Of a stretch of 64,000 bases of DNA, positions 27,410-37,475 are shown one piece after another. This DNA is from Candidatus Moraniibacteriota bacterium. Lineage in GTDB: Bacteria > Patescibacteriota > Minisyncoccia > Moranbacterales > UBA1568. The stretch spans positions 11,467 through 75,466 of the forward strand of contig JAHFON010000002.1 of NCBI GenBank assembly GCA_023261695.1. Reading direction: 5' to 3'. The notes below the pieces were generated by a model. The model made no database searches. It was not told the DNA's origin and saw only the letters and a program-made list of their open reading frames with translations. How positions within the stretch are numbered: the stretch's first letter is position 1; every line of letters begins with the position of its first letter. The position numbers were made by a program, and so were the translations under genes.

Positions 27410-29236
27410 TTATTTTTCCACCTTGATAACTTTAATAAAATTGCCAGGATGGTTGCCGATGAAAAGTTGCCAGTCCGGATTTGAAACATTGTAGTATTTG
27501 TAGGCGGTGAGACCGGATTTCATTTCCCAGTTATCGTATTTGGACATATAGCGGATGCCGCCGCGGCGGGTAAGGACGTAGTAATCCGGCTTGATTTTTT
27601 CCTTGTCGAAAGTGTAGGCGGTTAAGCATCGGCCGACAAAAAATTCGCAGACACCATAATAATCCGACCAGATTGCGGAATTTTTGGCGTTTGGTAATGT
27701 ATTGAGATATTGAGCCGCCTCGTAGCCGCCATAGCCCCAGGCGTCATTGATGATTATCTTTTGCGGCAAAAGAAGGTTAGTGTAATTAAAATAAAATGGT
27801 CTGATGAAAATAATACTGACAACGGAGGCTATGAAAATAAGAGCAGTAATGAGAAGTTTACTTAAGGGATATTTTGCGAAACGTTTTGCAATATGCCAGA
27901 AGCCGAGAGCGGCGAGCACGGAGAAAATGGGGTAGAGCAGGATGGTATAGCGTACGGTGGCGAGGATATTGGAATGTAAAAGAATGCTGATATAAATGAG
28001 AATGAGAAGCGGCAAAAGAGAAGAGAGAAATAGATACTGATTGTTTTTAGAACGCAGGGTGTGTATCCAGAGGTTGCCTAATCCGAAGAGCGTGATGGGA
28101 GTAAGCGAAAAGACGAGCGGCGACCATTCAAGCAGAAAAGATTGAAAAGTATTGAGCGGTATTCCGTAATAGCGTGAGTTGGTGATGTTTTTAATGTCAA
28201 AAGGAATTTGAGTGAAAATGTTCCAGTCAGGAAACAGGTGGCGTGTGAGGATGACAAACGTGAAAAGAAACAGAAAGAAAGCTGGAATGACAAAAGCAAA
28301 GTGCAAATGTTTCCGGCAGAAGGCGCGTAGTTTGATCAGGAATCTACTGTGAAAAAAACAGGTGTCAATGAGGAAGAGTATAAGAGGAACACTGGCGGCG
28401 ATAAGCGGAGGTGTTTTATCGGGAATGGTAGCGAAAAAAAGTCCGAGAGTTTTGGGGTTGAGCAGAATAGCCGGGAGGAAAAAACAGAGGATGCCAAGCG
28501 CTACGATTGCGATGATGCTGAAAGAGAAAAGTTGGCGGAGAAGCGTTGCGCGCGGTGTCGGCAGTTCCTCATCAGGAGCAATGAGGAAATAGGCAGTGAT
28601 AAGGAGAAGGTAAAACGGCAGAAGAATGATGGCGGTATATTTGGAGAGAAGAGCTAGCCCGGTAAAGAGAGCGGCTAGTGCGATATATTTTTTTTCCGGA
28701 TATTTGAGGACGACGAGGAAAGAAAAAATCCCGATACTGCCGAAAGACCAGAGCAGCGCATCCGGGTTTACGATTTGTGAAATACCGAGCAAGATAGGCG
28801 AGAGAGCGATGAGCATAGTGCTCCAGAGAGCGATCCAAGAATTGGTGAGCTTGGAGATGAGGAAGAAGCAAAGAATCAAAAGTACCCCGTTGATAAGCAG
28901 AATAGGAAGACGAAAGGCAAAATAGAGAGTTTCTGTTTCGTCTGTTTTGCAGGTATAAAATTTATCATCATTTTGTTCACAATGTTTTGTAGAATCTGGG
29001 TGCAAGAAATATCCGATTCCCGATACCAGTGCCAGACTGACGCCGGGTTTGTCGTTGATGAAAGTTTTTTTCCACTTGTGTTCCGCAATGGCCTTCCAGT
29101 ATTGCGGGATGCGTTCATAGACCCAATAATGTTCGTCGGCCGTGATGAACTGCGTGACGTGATACAAGCCAAAAGCAAAATAACTCACAAGTATGAGTCC
29201 GAGAAACAGGTGTCTGATGTTGAAGAATGAGTGCAT
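27410..29236 (-). CDS. GT-C fold glycosyltransferase (family 39 / ArnT-like)
   Basis: TADE, DKPG, NPDALL, LALLSKYT; many TM helices. Confidence 0.75.
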   Translation of the reverse strand: MHSFFNIRHLFLGLILVSYFAFGLYHVTQFITADEHYWVYERIPQYWKAIAEHKWKKTFINDKPGVSLALVSGIGYFLHPDSTKHCEQNDDKFYTCKTDETETLYFAFRLPILLINGVLLILCFFLISKLTNSWIALWSTMLIALSPILLGISQIVNPDALLWSFGSIGIFSFLVVLKYPEKKYIALAALFTGLALLSKYTAIILLPFYLLLITAYFLIAPDEELPTPRATLLRQLFSFSIIAIVALGILCFFLPAILLNPKTLGLFFATIPDKTPPLIAASVPLILFLIDTCFFHSRFLIKLRAFCRKHLHFAFVIPAFFLFLFTFVILTRHLFPDWNIFTQIPFDIKNITNSRYYGIPLNTFQSFLLEWSPLVFSLTPITLFGLGNLWIHTLRSKNNQYLFLSSLLPLLILIYISILLHSNILATVRYTILLYPIFSVLAALGFWHIAKRFAKYPLSKLLITALIFIASVVSIIFIRPFYFNYTNLLLPQKIIINDAWGYGGYEAAQYLNTLPNAKNSAIWSDYYGVCEFFVGRCLTAYTFDKEKIKPDYYVLTRRGGIRYMSKYDNWEMKSGLTAYKYYNVSNPDWQLFIGNHPGNFIKVIKVEK

Positions 29237-29308
29237 AATCTTCCGTTAGCATAGCAGTTGTGATAGTATAAGAGCAAACGCTTCATCCCATTCCAATTTT
29301 TTACATTT

Positions 29309-29776
29309 ATGATCTTACCATACAAGTCAGCACGTTATTTTTTCTTGAGCCTTTTTATATTTTCTTTCACGCTGATGGCTTTACCATTACCGGCGGGCGC
29401 TGCGATAGTTCCTTGTGGACGATCAAGTAACGACGCTCCTGCTGAAGAAAAAAAACCTTGCACTATTTGTCACTTGGTGGTCGGCGGTAATAGAATTATT
29501 AAGTGGGGTTTGACAGTAATGACTTTTATAGCGATAGCCGTGATCGTGGCGATGGCGATTTTTTATATCGTGTCTACCGGCAACGAGGGAATGATGCAGA
29601 CCGCGAAAGGCGGCATTACGGCGGCGCTGGTCGGTTTCGCCATAATGCTGGCGGCGTGGCTGATCGTGAATACGACATTGAGAATTTTCACGGCCACAAT
29701 TCCTGGTCTTACGGTCTCAAGTACAGGGTTTAGCTTTACCTGCGATACCACTTCTTCAGCTGGCTCGGCTCAATAA
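29309..29776 (+). CDS. VirB2/TrbC-like pilin
   Basis: Signal peptide, IVPCG..CTICHL, YIVSTGNE....AK...TAALVG. Confidence 0.75.
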   Translation: MILPYKSARYFFLSLFIFSFTLMALPLPAGAAIVPCGRSSNDAPAEEKKPCTICHLVVGGNRIIKWGLTVMTFIAIAVIVAMAIFYIVSTGNEGMMQTAKGGITAALVGFAIMLAAWLIVNTTLRIFTATIPGLTVSSTGFSFTCDTTSSAGSAQ

Positions 29777-29859
29777 AATGATATGCGCAGATATTAAATA
29801 TGAGAAAAATTGAGATTTCTCTACATAAGGAGCGATATTTGAAGTAGCACTACGCGGGT

Positions 29860-30153
29860 ATGTTTGATTTTTTCCTCATAGATACGGCATTCGCCGCCGG
29901 TTCCATTACCAACGCGCCGCAAGTAGCGGATATACTTTTGAACATATTGTATTTTTTATTGTCAATCGTGGGAATTGTTGCTATAATCGGGTTGGTAGTG
30001 GCGGGGGGGTTTTATTTGACGGCCGGCGGCAATGAGCAGCGTATAACTCTTGCAAAACGCGCGTCGCTCGCGTCCGTCATCGGAGTCATTGTGGCGTTGG
30101 GAGCGCTGGTGATAGTCAGCCAGTTGACGAAGTTTTTCTTGATGCCACTTTGA
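29860..30153 (+). CDS. VirB2/TrbC-like pilin
   Basis: GGFYLTAGGNEQRITLAK motif between two TM helices. Confidence 0.75.
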   Translation: MFDFFLIDTAFAAGSITNAPQVADILLNILYFLLSIVGIVAIIGLVVAGGFYLTAGGNEQRITLAKRASLASVIGVIVALGALVIVSQLTKFFLMPL

Positions 30154-30229
30154 TTTCGCGCGATGTTTCTCGTCTGGTTCGCTTACGAATTATAAAATCA
30201 AAAATAAAACAGAAAGGAGGTGAGACGTT

Positions 30230-30598
30230 ATGAAACAAATTAGACAAGTATTATATGCGGCTTTCGCGGTTGCTCTTACGACAGCCCCGGTTGTGGCGAG
30301 CGCTGACTGGAATTCGGGGTTTCAGAATGCTCAAGGTTCACAATTGCCGAGAGGTAGCATTTATAACATTATTCAGTCAACGATGAATTGGCTTTTGGCC
30401 ATTCTCGGTTTTATCGGCATTATCGGGTTTGTGATTGCAGGTATCCTCTATCTCACCGCCGCCGGCAGTGAAGAGCAAATAGAAAAGGCTAAGAGCGCTA
30501 TGTTGTATTCCATCATTGGTATCGTAGTTGCACTTCTCGGTTTCGTCATTATCAAAGCAGTAGACACCTGGTTGCAAGGCAGTGCGTCGGCATTCTAA
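30230..30598 (+). CDS. VirB2/TrbC-like pilin, probably the major subunit
   Basis: AAAGGAGGTG SD, signal peptide (ASA), GILYLTAAGSEEQIEKAK, own terminator. Confidence 0.8.
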   Translation: MKQIRQVLYAAFAVALTTAPVVASADWNSGFQNAQGSQLPRGSIYNIIQSTMNWLLAILGFIGIIGFVIAGILYLTAAGSEEQIEKAKSAMLYSIIGIVVALLGFVIIKAVDTWLQGSASAF

Positions 30599-30633
30599 AT
30601 TATCGCCGAGCATTTATTTTTTGGACAGGTGCG

Positions 30634-30675
30634 AATAAAATACCTTGCAGTAAACTAGCGAGGTATTTTATTTTT
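30634..30675 (+). terminator. Intrinsic terminator
   Basis: AATAAAATACCT...AGGTATTTTATT plus T run. Confidence 0.7.
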
Positions 30676-30725
30676 TCTCAAAATAGAGTAATATGGAAGC
30701 ACGCTGAAGTTGTAAAAACAAAAAT

Positions 30726-31124
30726 ATGTTGCGTTTGTCTTTTTTGAGTTTATTGTTTTTGGCGGGCGTGGTTTTTTTGTCTTTTAATATTCCTGTGGTT
30801 GAGGGTTCCGTCGTCTGTACTGGAGCTCAAGATATAGGACCAGGTGGCATCTGCATTCCCAATAATACGGGGCTCGCCGATAAGCCGGCGGCGGATATTC
30901 TCAAGGGGCTGATGAATTGGCTTTTAATCATTTTGGGATTTATCGGGATTATAGCGTTTGTGATTTCCGGCATGCAGTATCTTTTGGCGGCAGGCAGTGA
31001 GGATATGGTAGAAACAGCCAAGCGCAATATGTTGTATTCTATCGTGGGTATTGTCGTGGCGCTCTCTGGTTTGGTGATTATTATGGCGATTAATCAGGCA
31101 CTCCGCGGTAGCAGTGCGTTTTAA
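30726..31124 (+). CDS. VirB2/TrbC-like pilin
   Basis: GMQYLLAAGSEDMVETAK. Confidence 0.75.
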   Translation: MLRLSFLSLLFLAGVVFLSFNIPVVEGSVVCTGAQDIGPGGICIPNNTGLADKPAADILKGLMNWLLIILGFIGIIAFVISGMQYLLAAGSEDMVETAKRNMLYSIVGIVVALSGLVIIMAINQALRGSSAF

Positions 31125-31143
31125 GAGTCTAAAGTTTTAACTT

Positions 31144-31905
31144 ATGTTTGCTGAAAAGTTTTTCGTTTGGGATAAATACTTATTGCTGGCGCTTGCTGTT
31201 TTTTTAGGCGTTCTTTTTTTCGCACCGCGCGTTTTGGCTGGGACCTGTGCGAGTGCTGGTGGACAATGTGTGGCGAGCGGAACTCCTTGTCCTTCTGGTA
31301 CGAATCCGTCAGGCGCGTGTACTATTGCTGATGATAATTTTACTGGTACTTGTTGTAAGAATCCAGCTCCCCCTAGCGGAGGCGGTAGTATAGAGTTTAA
31401 AAATCCTCTCGCGTACGATACAGTAGAAGGGGTGCTGAACAGCATCCTTGGCACATTGAGGAGCATAATCGTAACTCTGTCTCTGGTCTTCATTGTGGTG
31501 GGCGCGGTGATGTATATCGTATCGTCGGGCAATGACAAGATGATGACACTGGCCAAAGGCGCCATCACGGCCGCTATGATCGGGCTGGCTATTGGCTTGG
31601 CCGCCCCGTCCTTCCTCCTGGAAATCGGAAAAGTGCTCGGTTGGGGAGCTGTGAATAGCGGTCCTGTAGCCGACGCGCTCACTTTGTCTCAAATTGCTCT
31701 CAATGTGCTGGACTTCTTGCTTTCCATCGTGGGTATTTTGGCGATTATTATGCTGGTAGTGGGCGGTATAATGTATCTGACGTCCGCCGGTGATGAGGAT
31801 CGTATGGAGACCGGCAAGAAAATTGTGATTTATTCAATTGTCGGTATATTTGTGGCTTTGGCTGCTTTAGTGATTGTGAAACAGATTACCAATTTTTTCG
31901 TATAA
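31144..31905 (+). CDS. Double-domain pilin with Cys-rich N-terminal module
   Basis: Six Cys in residues ~36-71; two pilin motifs (YIVSSGND...AK; YLTSAGDE...GK). Confidence 0.75.
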   Translation: MFAEKFFVWDKYLLLALAVFLGVLFFAPRVLAGTCASAGGQCVASGTPCPSGTNPSGACTIADDNFTGTCCKNPAPPSGGGSIEFKNPLAYDTVEGVLNSILGTLRSIIVTLSLVFIVVGAVMYIVSSGNDKMMTLAKGAITAAMIGLAIGLAAPSFLLEIGKVLGWGAVNSGPVADALTLSQIALNVLDFLLSIVGILAIIMLVVGGIMYLTSAGDEDRMETGKKIVIYSIVGIFVALAALVIVKQITNFFV

Positions 31906-31978
31906 TTTTTTTTGAGAAAAAGAAAACGACGGGACAATGAGTATTATCATCGCCCGCCGTTTGTCGTCGTCTTACCTC

Positions 31979-32923
31979 TTACCTGAAATTTGCCCGCAAG
32001 GTTTGCGGGTCAATTGTTTTCTCCAACACCTCCTTGGGCAAGGCGTAAGAGACTTCCACTTTACCCGTGCTCTCAACTTCAAGGCTTTCGTTCGGTGGCG
32101 TTCCATTCATCCGAACGTAGCTGGTTATATCTTGATCTTCTCCATTGATCCGGATGTATTGTTTTTCCGGAATGGAGAATTTTCTTCGCCCTGGTTTTAT
32201 GCCGCCCAACTTTTGCGGCTGGAGCGATTTCACCTCGAACTCCACTGTTTTGGAATAGGTGAGGTCGCTGACGATATTATTCAGTGGTCGCGGTTTTTCT
32301 TCCGCGAACACTTGGTGGAATGACGCCAGCGCTCCGATCACAAGTACCGCGATTGTAATGCGCCGGTACCATTTAGTTGCGCCACCCAAAGCAAATGACC
32401 ACATTCCAATACCAGCTAGAGCGGGAAAGAAAACCAGCGCTGCGGTCGGATGGTTGACTTGCCATAACTCCAACACCGTCCCGGTCGCGATGGCTACTAT
32501 TAGGAAATGCGCCGGTAGTTTAAGCGCCGACACACAAGCTTGCCATCCTTGCTTCGCAATTTCACTGATCTGGATGTCTGGGAATACCACCGCTTCATCC
32601 AGGAATATATTTCTCCACGACCAGTTGTAACCAACCAGTTTCCACCCAGCGCCAGCTCCAAACATTGTCAAGAATGTTGCTGGTGTTGACATATAGAATC
32701 CCAGCACAAGCATAATCGCCATGTTGACGATAGCGATTATCAGCGGAGCCCCCGCATAACTCATCATCACATCAATGACAATGACGAGTATCAGGGATGG
32801 CACACCAATCCAGTACAGCGTCTTGTGCAACCTGACTGCTTCTTGATAGATTTCCTCTGGGGTATTAGTTGCCCCAGTGAAAAATCTTCTCGCCCGTTCT
32901 CTAGCAGTAGCAGTAGTAGGCAT
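31979..32923 (-). CDS. Orphan multi-pass membrane protein
   Basis: GGAGGAGG SD; several TM helices plus soluble C-terminus. Confidence 0.7.
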   Translation of the reverse strand: MPTTATARERARRFFTGATNTPEEIYQEAVRLHKTLYWIGVPSLILVIVIDVMMSYAGAPLIIAIVNMAIMLVLGFYMSTPATFLTMFGAGAGWKLVGYNWSWRNIFLDEAVVFPDIQISEIAKQGWQACVSALKLPAHFLIVAIATGTVLELWQVNHPTAALVFFPALAGIGMWSFALGGATKWYRRITIAVLVIGALASFHQVFAEEKPRPLNNIVSDLTYSKTVEFEVKSLQPQKLGGIKPGRRKFSIPEKQYIRINGEDQDITSYVRMNGTPPNESLEVESTGKVEVSYALPKEVLEKTIDPQTLRANFR

Positions 32924-32958
32924 AGCCTCCTCCCATTAGTTATAATTTTGTCGTTTCG

Positions 32959-33915
32959 TTAATGGAACAAAATGCCAGAAAGGATCGTTAAGAATGCCAC
33001 CCCCACTATAATCGTTATAATTCTTCTGCTTCTGGGTGTTATTCTTTTTCGATCGCCTGTTCGGATTCGTCTTGCGCGGCGTTCCTCACGTGCTTGCAAA
33101 TGCTGGAGACGTAATTTTTGCAGTTGTTTTTCCGAGCTTCGTGTATGTCGCTTCCCAATTCGCTCGTATGTTTTTCCGAGCCGGAAGCGCAGCACTTCTT
33201 CGAGGCCAGCCTCCAATGTTTTTTCGGCCTCTTCTTTGATTTGTTGGCGCATCTTGCCCGTTGTTAGGAACCCGTCAGCCTCCAGCGAATCAATCACCGA
33301 AGCGATAGCTTGAGCTTCGGTTACATTTACATTTATCTGGGCTGACACCAACCCGGCAAGACGTTTGAGATATAAAATCCTCAAATCCTTGTCGGTGAAG
33401 CGCGGATCGTTTTTACGGATCACAGTTTCCTGAGGTCCATCCGACTTTCCCGGTTTCTTTTCGTCACGTTGAGCTTTGGAGGCGCCGCTAGCCCCTTTAT
33501 CTTGATCTGGCGGGACCTGTGCTTTTTTTGTGACGACTTCCTCTGTCACCCGATTGGGCATAATGAGGACGCCGACACGAAACGAGTCTACACGCCTACC
33601 CCGATCTTCATCATCGCGACGTTTCATTTCCGCGACGAGTTTCTGTATGACGCTGAAAGTACCAGCGTCCACAAGGGTCATCATGGCCTGCCAATAGCTG
33701 TCGTCCACTTTTGTGAACTTTTCCGTAAGCAGACCTTTTGGAAGAGTGTCGTCGCTTTTGATTTCAGACGACGCTTTAACACCCTGCCCTCTTCCTCTGC
33801 TAAATAGTCCATCCAGCCCTTTGATGCCGAGTATATTCATCCAACCTCCGACATCTCCGGCAACGTCTAGGGTCCCACTTACAAACTCCAGTATTTTTTT
33901 TACGAAGCCAAACAT
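32959..33915 (-). CDS. Orphan tail-anchored protein
   Basis: G-rich SD; promoter TTGACG-17-TAAAAT; Arg-rich stretch then C-terminal TM. Confidence 0.7.
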   Translation of the reverse strand: MFGFVKKILEFVSGTLDVAGDVGGWMNILGIKGLDGLFSRGRGQGVKASSEIKSDDTLPKGLLTEKFTKVDDSYWQAMMTLVDAGTFSVIQKLVAEMKRRDDEDRGRRVDSFRVGVLIMPNRVTEEVVTKKAQVPPDQDKGASGASKAQRDEKKPGKSDGPQETVIRKNDPRFTDKDLRILYLKRLAGLVSAQINVNVTEAQAIASVIDSLEADGFLTTGKMRQQIKEEAEKTLEAGLEEVLRFRLGKTYERIGKRHTRSSEKQLQKLRLQHLQAREERRARRIRTGDRKRITPRSRRIITIIVGVAFLTILSGILFH

Positions 33916-34085
33916 AGCTCCCCCCTTCCACTTAACTTATCATCAGTTGTCAATGAGCCAGAGACGGGGAACCCGCCTCGTTACAATCAGACTTTTTGTC
34001 CAACTTTGTAACCTTGTATTTTACACTAAAAAACGAAAAACGTCAATACGACAAAAATGGCTTTAGAATGGGATAAAATTGACGT

Positions 34086-34170
34086 TTGACAAAAGTCAGC
34101 GCGTCAGCTATTATAGTTGCATAAGTATGAGATTCTGTGTATGAAAGTTCGCTATAAGCGAGCTTTTTTC
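34086..34170 (+). promoter_or_regulatory. nusA promoter and leader terminator-like hairpin
   Basis: TTGACA-17-TATTAT; AAAGTTCGC-TATAA-GCGAGCTTT plus TTT. Confidence 0.6.
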
Positions 34171-34228
34171 ATTCAGAGCCAGCCGACATAATCATTGAGA
34201 GGAAAATTAATTTTATAAAAGTGAAAGT

Positions 34229-35554
34229 ATGCCAAAGAGAAAAGTTATAAAAGTGGAAGACGAGGCCGCTGAAGAGAGCAGTCTTTCCGGCCGTTTGGGA
34301 GAATTTGGAAGCGCGGTGATGCAGATCGCCGAAGAAAAAGGTATTTCCAAAGAACGGGTGTTGGAAGTGGTGGAGGCGGCGCTGGCGGCGGCCTACAAGA
34401 GAGACTACGGTAAAAAAGGCCAAGTGATTCGCGCACAGTTTGATGAGGTAAGCAAGGAAACGAAATTTTTTCTGGTGAAAGAAGTTGTGGATGAAACCAC
34501 GCGCGAGTTTGCGGAGGAACCCGACCAAACGGCTTTGCAGACCGGAACGAGCAAAGATGAAATTATTGATTCCGTTGAATCTGACGCGGACCGTTTGCCG
34601 CGTTTCAATCTGGAGCGCGATATACTAATGGCGGAAGCTAAAAAGCTGAAGAAAGGCATCAAGCTGGGTGAAACTATAGACCTGCCGCTGGAAACGCACA
34701 ATGAATTTGGTCGCGTGGCCGCCCAGACCGCCAAGCAAGTAATTATTCAGCGTATTCGCGAAGCCGAACGCGAGAATATGTTTGAAGAGTACAAGGAGAA
34801 AGAAGGTCAAGTCGTGAGCGGCATAGTCCAGCGCGTGGAAGGACGCAATGTGTTTGTGGATTTAGGCAAATCCATCGGTATTTTGTTTCCTTCGGAACAA
34901 ATTGAAGGAGAAAATTATCGTATCGGCAAACACCTGAAAGTTTATCTGGTGCGTGTGGAGTCGGACACCAAGGGGCCGGGACTGCTTCTGTCGCGCGCGC
35001 ATCCGGAAATGGTGAGGCATCTCTTTACGCTGGAAGTGCCGGAAATTTTTACCGGTACTGTGAAGATCAAGGCCATTGCCCGCGAAGCCGGATCGCGCAC
35101 CAAGATCGCGGTATTTTCGGCGGAAGAGGGAGTGGATCCGATCGGTTCCTGCGTGGGACAAAAAGGCACACGCGTGCAGGCGATTATTGACGAACTCGGA
35201 GGCGAGAAAATCGACATCATTGAGTGGAAAGAAGACACGGGAAAATTTATCAGCGCCGCATTGTCGCCGGCCAAGGTGCTGAATGTCAAATTATTTGAAA
35301 AAGAAAAACGCGCTTTAGTGACGGTGCCGCAAGATCAGCTGTCTTTGGCTATCGGCCGGCGCGGTCAGAACGTGCGTTTGGCGGCCAAACTGACAGATTG
35401 CAAAATTGATGTTACGGCCGATACCGTTTCGGAGGAAACTGTAGCCGAAAGTGAAGCTGTGCCGGAAGCCACCGAAGAAGCTGCGCCAGCGGTTATTGAA
35501 GAAGTCGTTGAAAAAGCGGATCCAGTTTCCGAATCTGAAGCAACGAAAGAGTAA
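34229..35554 (+). CDS. nusA: Transcription factor NusA
   Basis: FGRVAAQTAKQVI, REAGSRTKIAV, GSCVG, SLAIGRRGQNVRLA. Confidence 0.97.
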   Translation: MPKRKVIKVEDEAAEESSLSGRLGEFGSAVMQIAEEKGISKERVLEVVEAALAAAYKRDYGKKGQVIRAQFDEVSKETKFFLVKEVVDETTREFAEEPDQTALQTGTSKDEIIDSVESDADRLPRFNLERDILMAEAKKLKKGIKLGETIDLPLETHNEFGRVAAQTAKQVIIQRIREAERENMFEEYKEKEGQVVSGIVQRVEGRNVFVDLGKSIGILFPSEQIEGENYRIGKHLKVYLVRVESDTKGPGLLLSRAHPEMVRHLFTLEVPEIFTGTVKIKAIAREAGSRTKIAVFSAEEGVDPIGSCVGQKGTRVQAIIDELGGEKIDIIEWKEDTGKFISAALSPAKVLNVKLFEKEKRALVTVPQDQLSLAIGRRGQNVRLAAKLTDCKIDVTADTVSEETVAESEAVPEATEEAAPAVIEEVVEKADPVSESEATKE

Positions 35555-35597
35555 AATATTCTAAAATAAAAAATCTTAAATCTTAAATCAAAATAAT

Positions 35598-36128
35598 ATG
35601 AACTTGTGGCATGAAATTTCAGCCGGTAAAGAGTCCCCGAATCTCATCAATGTGATTATTGAGATTCCCAAGGGCTCAAAGAACAAATACGAGATTGACA
35701 AAGAGAACGGTCTGATCAAATTGGATCGCGCGATGAAATCTTCACAAGATTATCCGTTTGATTACGGTTTTGTGCCGCAATCTTATTGGGAAGATGATGA
35801 TCCGCTGGATGTGGTTCTCTTGACCACTTATCCTTTATCCCCGGGAATTTTAGTGGAGGCGCGGCCGGTGGCTGTGATGTGGATGAAAGATGGCGGCGAT
35901 GGCGATGACAAGATTATTGCCGTGCCGAAAAACGATCCTCGTTGGGATGAGGTAAAAGATCTCGCGGATGTCAACAAGCACACCATCAAAGAAATTCAGC
36001 ATTTTTTTGAGACTTACAAGTCCATTGAAGGCAAGGAGGTCAAAGTGAGCGGCGTTGATGGACGAGAACGGGCGTTGGAGATTATCAAGAAGGGGCTTGA
36101 GATGTATCGTGAAAAATTCAGCAAGTGA
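35598..36128 (+). CDS. ppa: Inorganic pyrophosphatase (family I)
   Basis: EIPKGSKNKYE, YGFVP, DDDPLDV, FFETYK. Confidence 0.95.
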   Translation: MNLWHEISAGKESPNLINVIIEIPKGSKNKYEIDKENGLIKLDRAMKSSQDYPFDYGFVPQSYWEDDDPLDVVLLTTYPLSPGILVEARPVAVMWMKDGGDGDDKIIAVPKNDPRWDEVKDLADVNKHTIKEIQHFFETYKSIEGKEVKVSGVDGRERALEIIKKGLEMYREKFSK

Positions 36129-36131
36129 TTT

Positions 36132-37421
36132 ATGGACACAGTTGTAAAAAAACTTCCCAAATCAAAAGTGGAATTGCGAATTTCTCTCCCGTGGGAAGAA
36201 TGGAAGGGGGAAATTGAACACGCGGCGGAACATCTGGCGCGAGAAATAAAAGTGCCCGGTTTTCGTCCCGGCAAAGCGCCGCGCGCCGTGATGGAAAAGC
36301 GTTTGGGTAGGGAAGCTATTTTGAATGAAGCGGCAGAACATATTGTCTCGCATTCTTATTCAAAAGCGCTGGCGCAAGAAAAGGTACAGGCGATCGGTGC
36401 TCCGGAAGTGAAGTTAGGAAAATTGACGGAGGGCGAAACTCTGGAATATGTCGTTACCGTCGCAGCTTTGCCTGAAGTGGTACTTAGTCCGTGGCGGGAC
36501 GCAGTGAAAAACGTGAACGCGGAGTTTGCCAAACATCAAGAAATTGTGGAAGAGAAAGAAATTGACACGGAGCTAGAGAAGCTGGCCGCGATGCGCGCGA
36601 AATTGGTGACCGTGAATCGCGAAGCCAGACTGGGCGACAGCGTCTTGGTGGACTTTTCCGTTTTGCAAGACGGAGTATTGATAGAAAACGGCAAGGGCGA
36701 AAAGCACCCGCTGGTTTTAGGTAGCGGCGTCTTTATTCCCGGATTTGAAGAAAAACTTTTGGGTATGCGGGCGAACGAAGAAAAGTCTTTTGATCTGACG
36801 TTTCCCAAAGAGTATTACGCCAAGCGTTTGGCGGGTAAGAAGGCGACATTTCAGGTGAAAATAAATGTGGTGCAGGAACGCGACTTGCCGACGGTGGATG
36901 ACGCGTTTGCTAAAGGTCTAGGAAATTTTGAATCTCTGGAAAAATTAAAGGAAAATATGCGCGAGGGGATGCCGGAGGAAAAGAAGATAAAAAGAGAGGA
37001 AGATCATCGCGCTAAAATTCTTGACGCGCTTGCGGAAAAATCAGAAATTGAACACCCGGACATTCTCGTAGAGGAAGAACTGAAGCGTATGGCGCGCGTT
37101 CTTCAAGCGCAAGCAGAGTCAATGGGACTCAATTTTTCCGAATATCTGGTTCAAATGCAAAAAACAGAAGCTGATCTGAAAAAAGAATGGGAACCGCAGG
37201 CGAAAAAGATGTTGGCTGTGAATTTGATTTTGGATGTTTTGGCCAAAGAAGAGGAAATAGACGTGGATAGTCCGGAGGTGGAAGCGGAAATGAATAAGAC
37301 GCTCGCGCAGTATCAAAATATCAAGGACATCAAGAAAAAAATTGATATGGAGCGTCTCTACATCTCCGCGCGTAACCAATTATTGCAAGAGAAAACTCTC
37401 TCTTGGCTGAAATCTTTGTAG
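36132..37421 (+). CDS. tig: Trigger factor
   Basis: GFRPGKAP; FIPGFEEKL FKBP domain. Confidence 0.95.
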   Translation: MDTVVKKLPKSKVELRISLPWEEWKGEIEHAAEHLAREIKVPGFRPGKAPRAVMEKRLGREAILNEAAEHIVSHSYSKALAQEKVQAIGAPEVKLGKLTEGETLEYVVTVAALPEVVLSPWRDAVKNVNAEFAKHQEIVEEKEIDTELEKLAAMRAKLVTVNREARLGDSVLVDFSVLQDGVLIENGKGEKHPLVLGSGVFIPGFEEKLLGMRANEEKSFDLTFPKEYYAKRLAGKKATFQVKINVVQERDLPTVDDAFAKGLGNFESLEKLKENMREGMPEEKKIKREEDHRAKILDALAEKSEIEHPDILVEEELKRMARVLQAQAESMGLNFSEYLVQMQKTEADLKKEWEPQAKKMLAVNLILDVLAKEEEIDVDSPEVEAEMNKTLAQYQNIKDIKKKIDMERLYISARNQLLQEKTLSWLKSL

Positions 37422-37475
37422 AATAATGAGTCGGTGAGAACCATAAGTTGTCTATAATAATTTATTCCAATCAAT

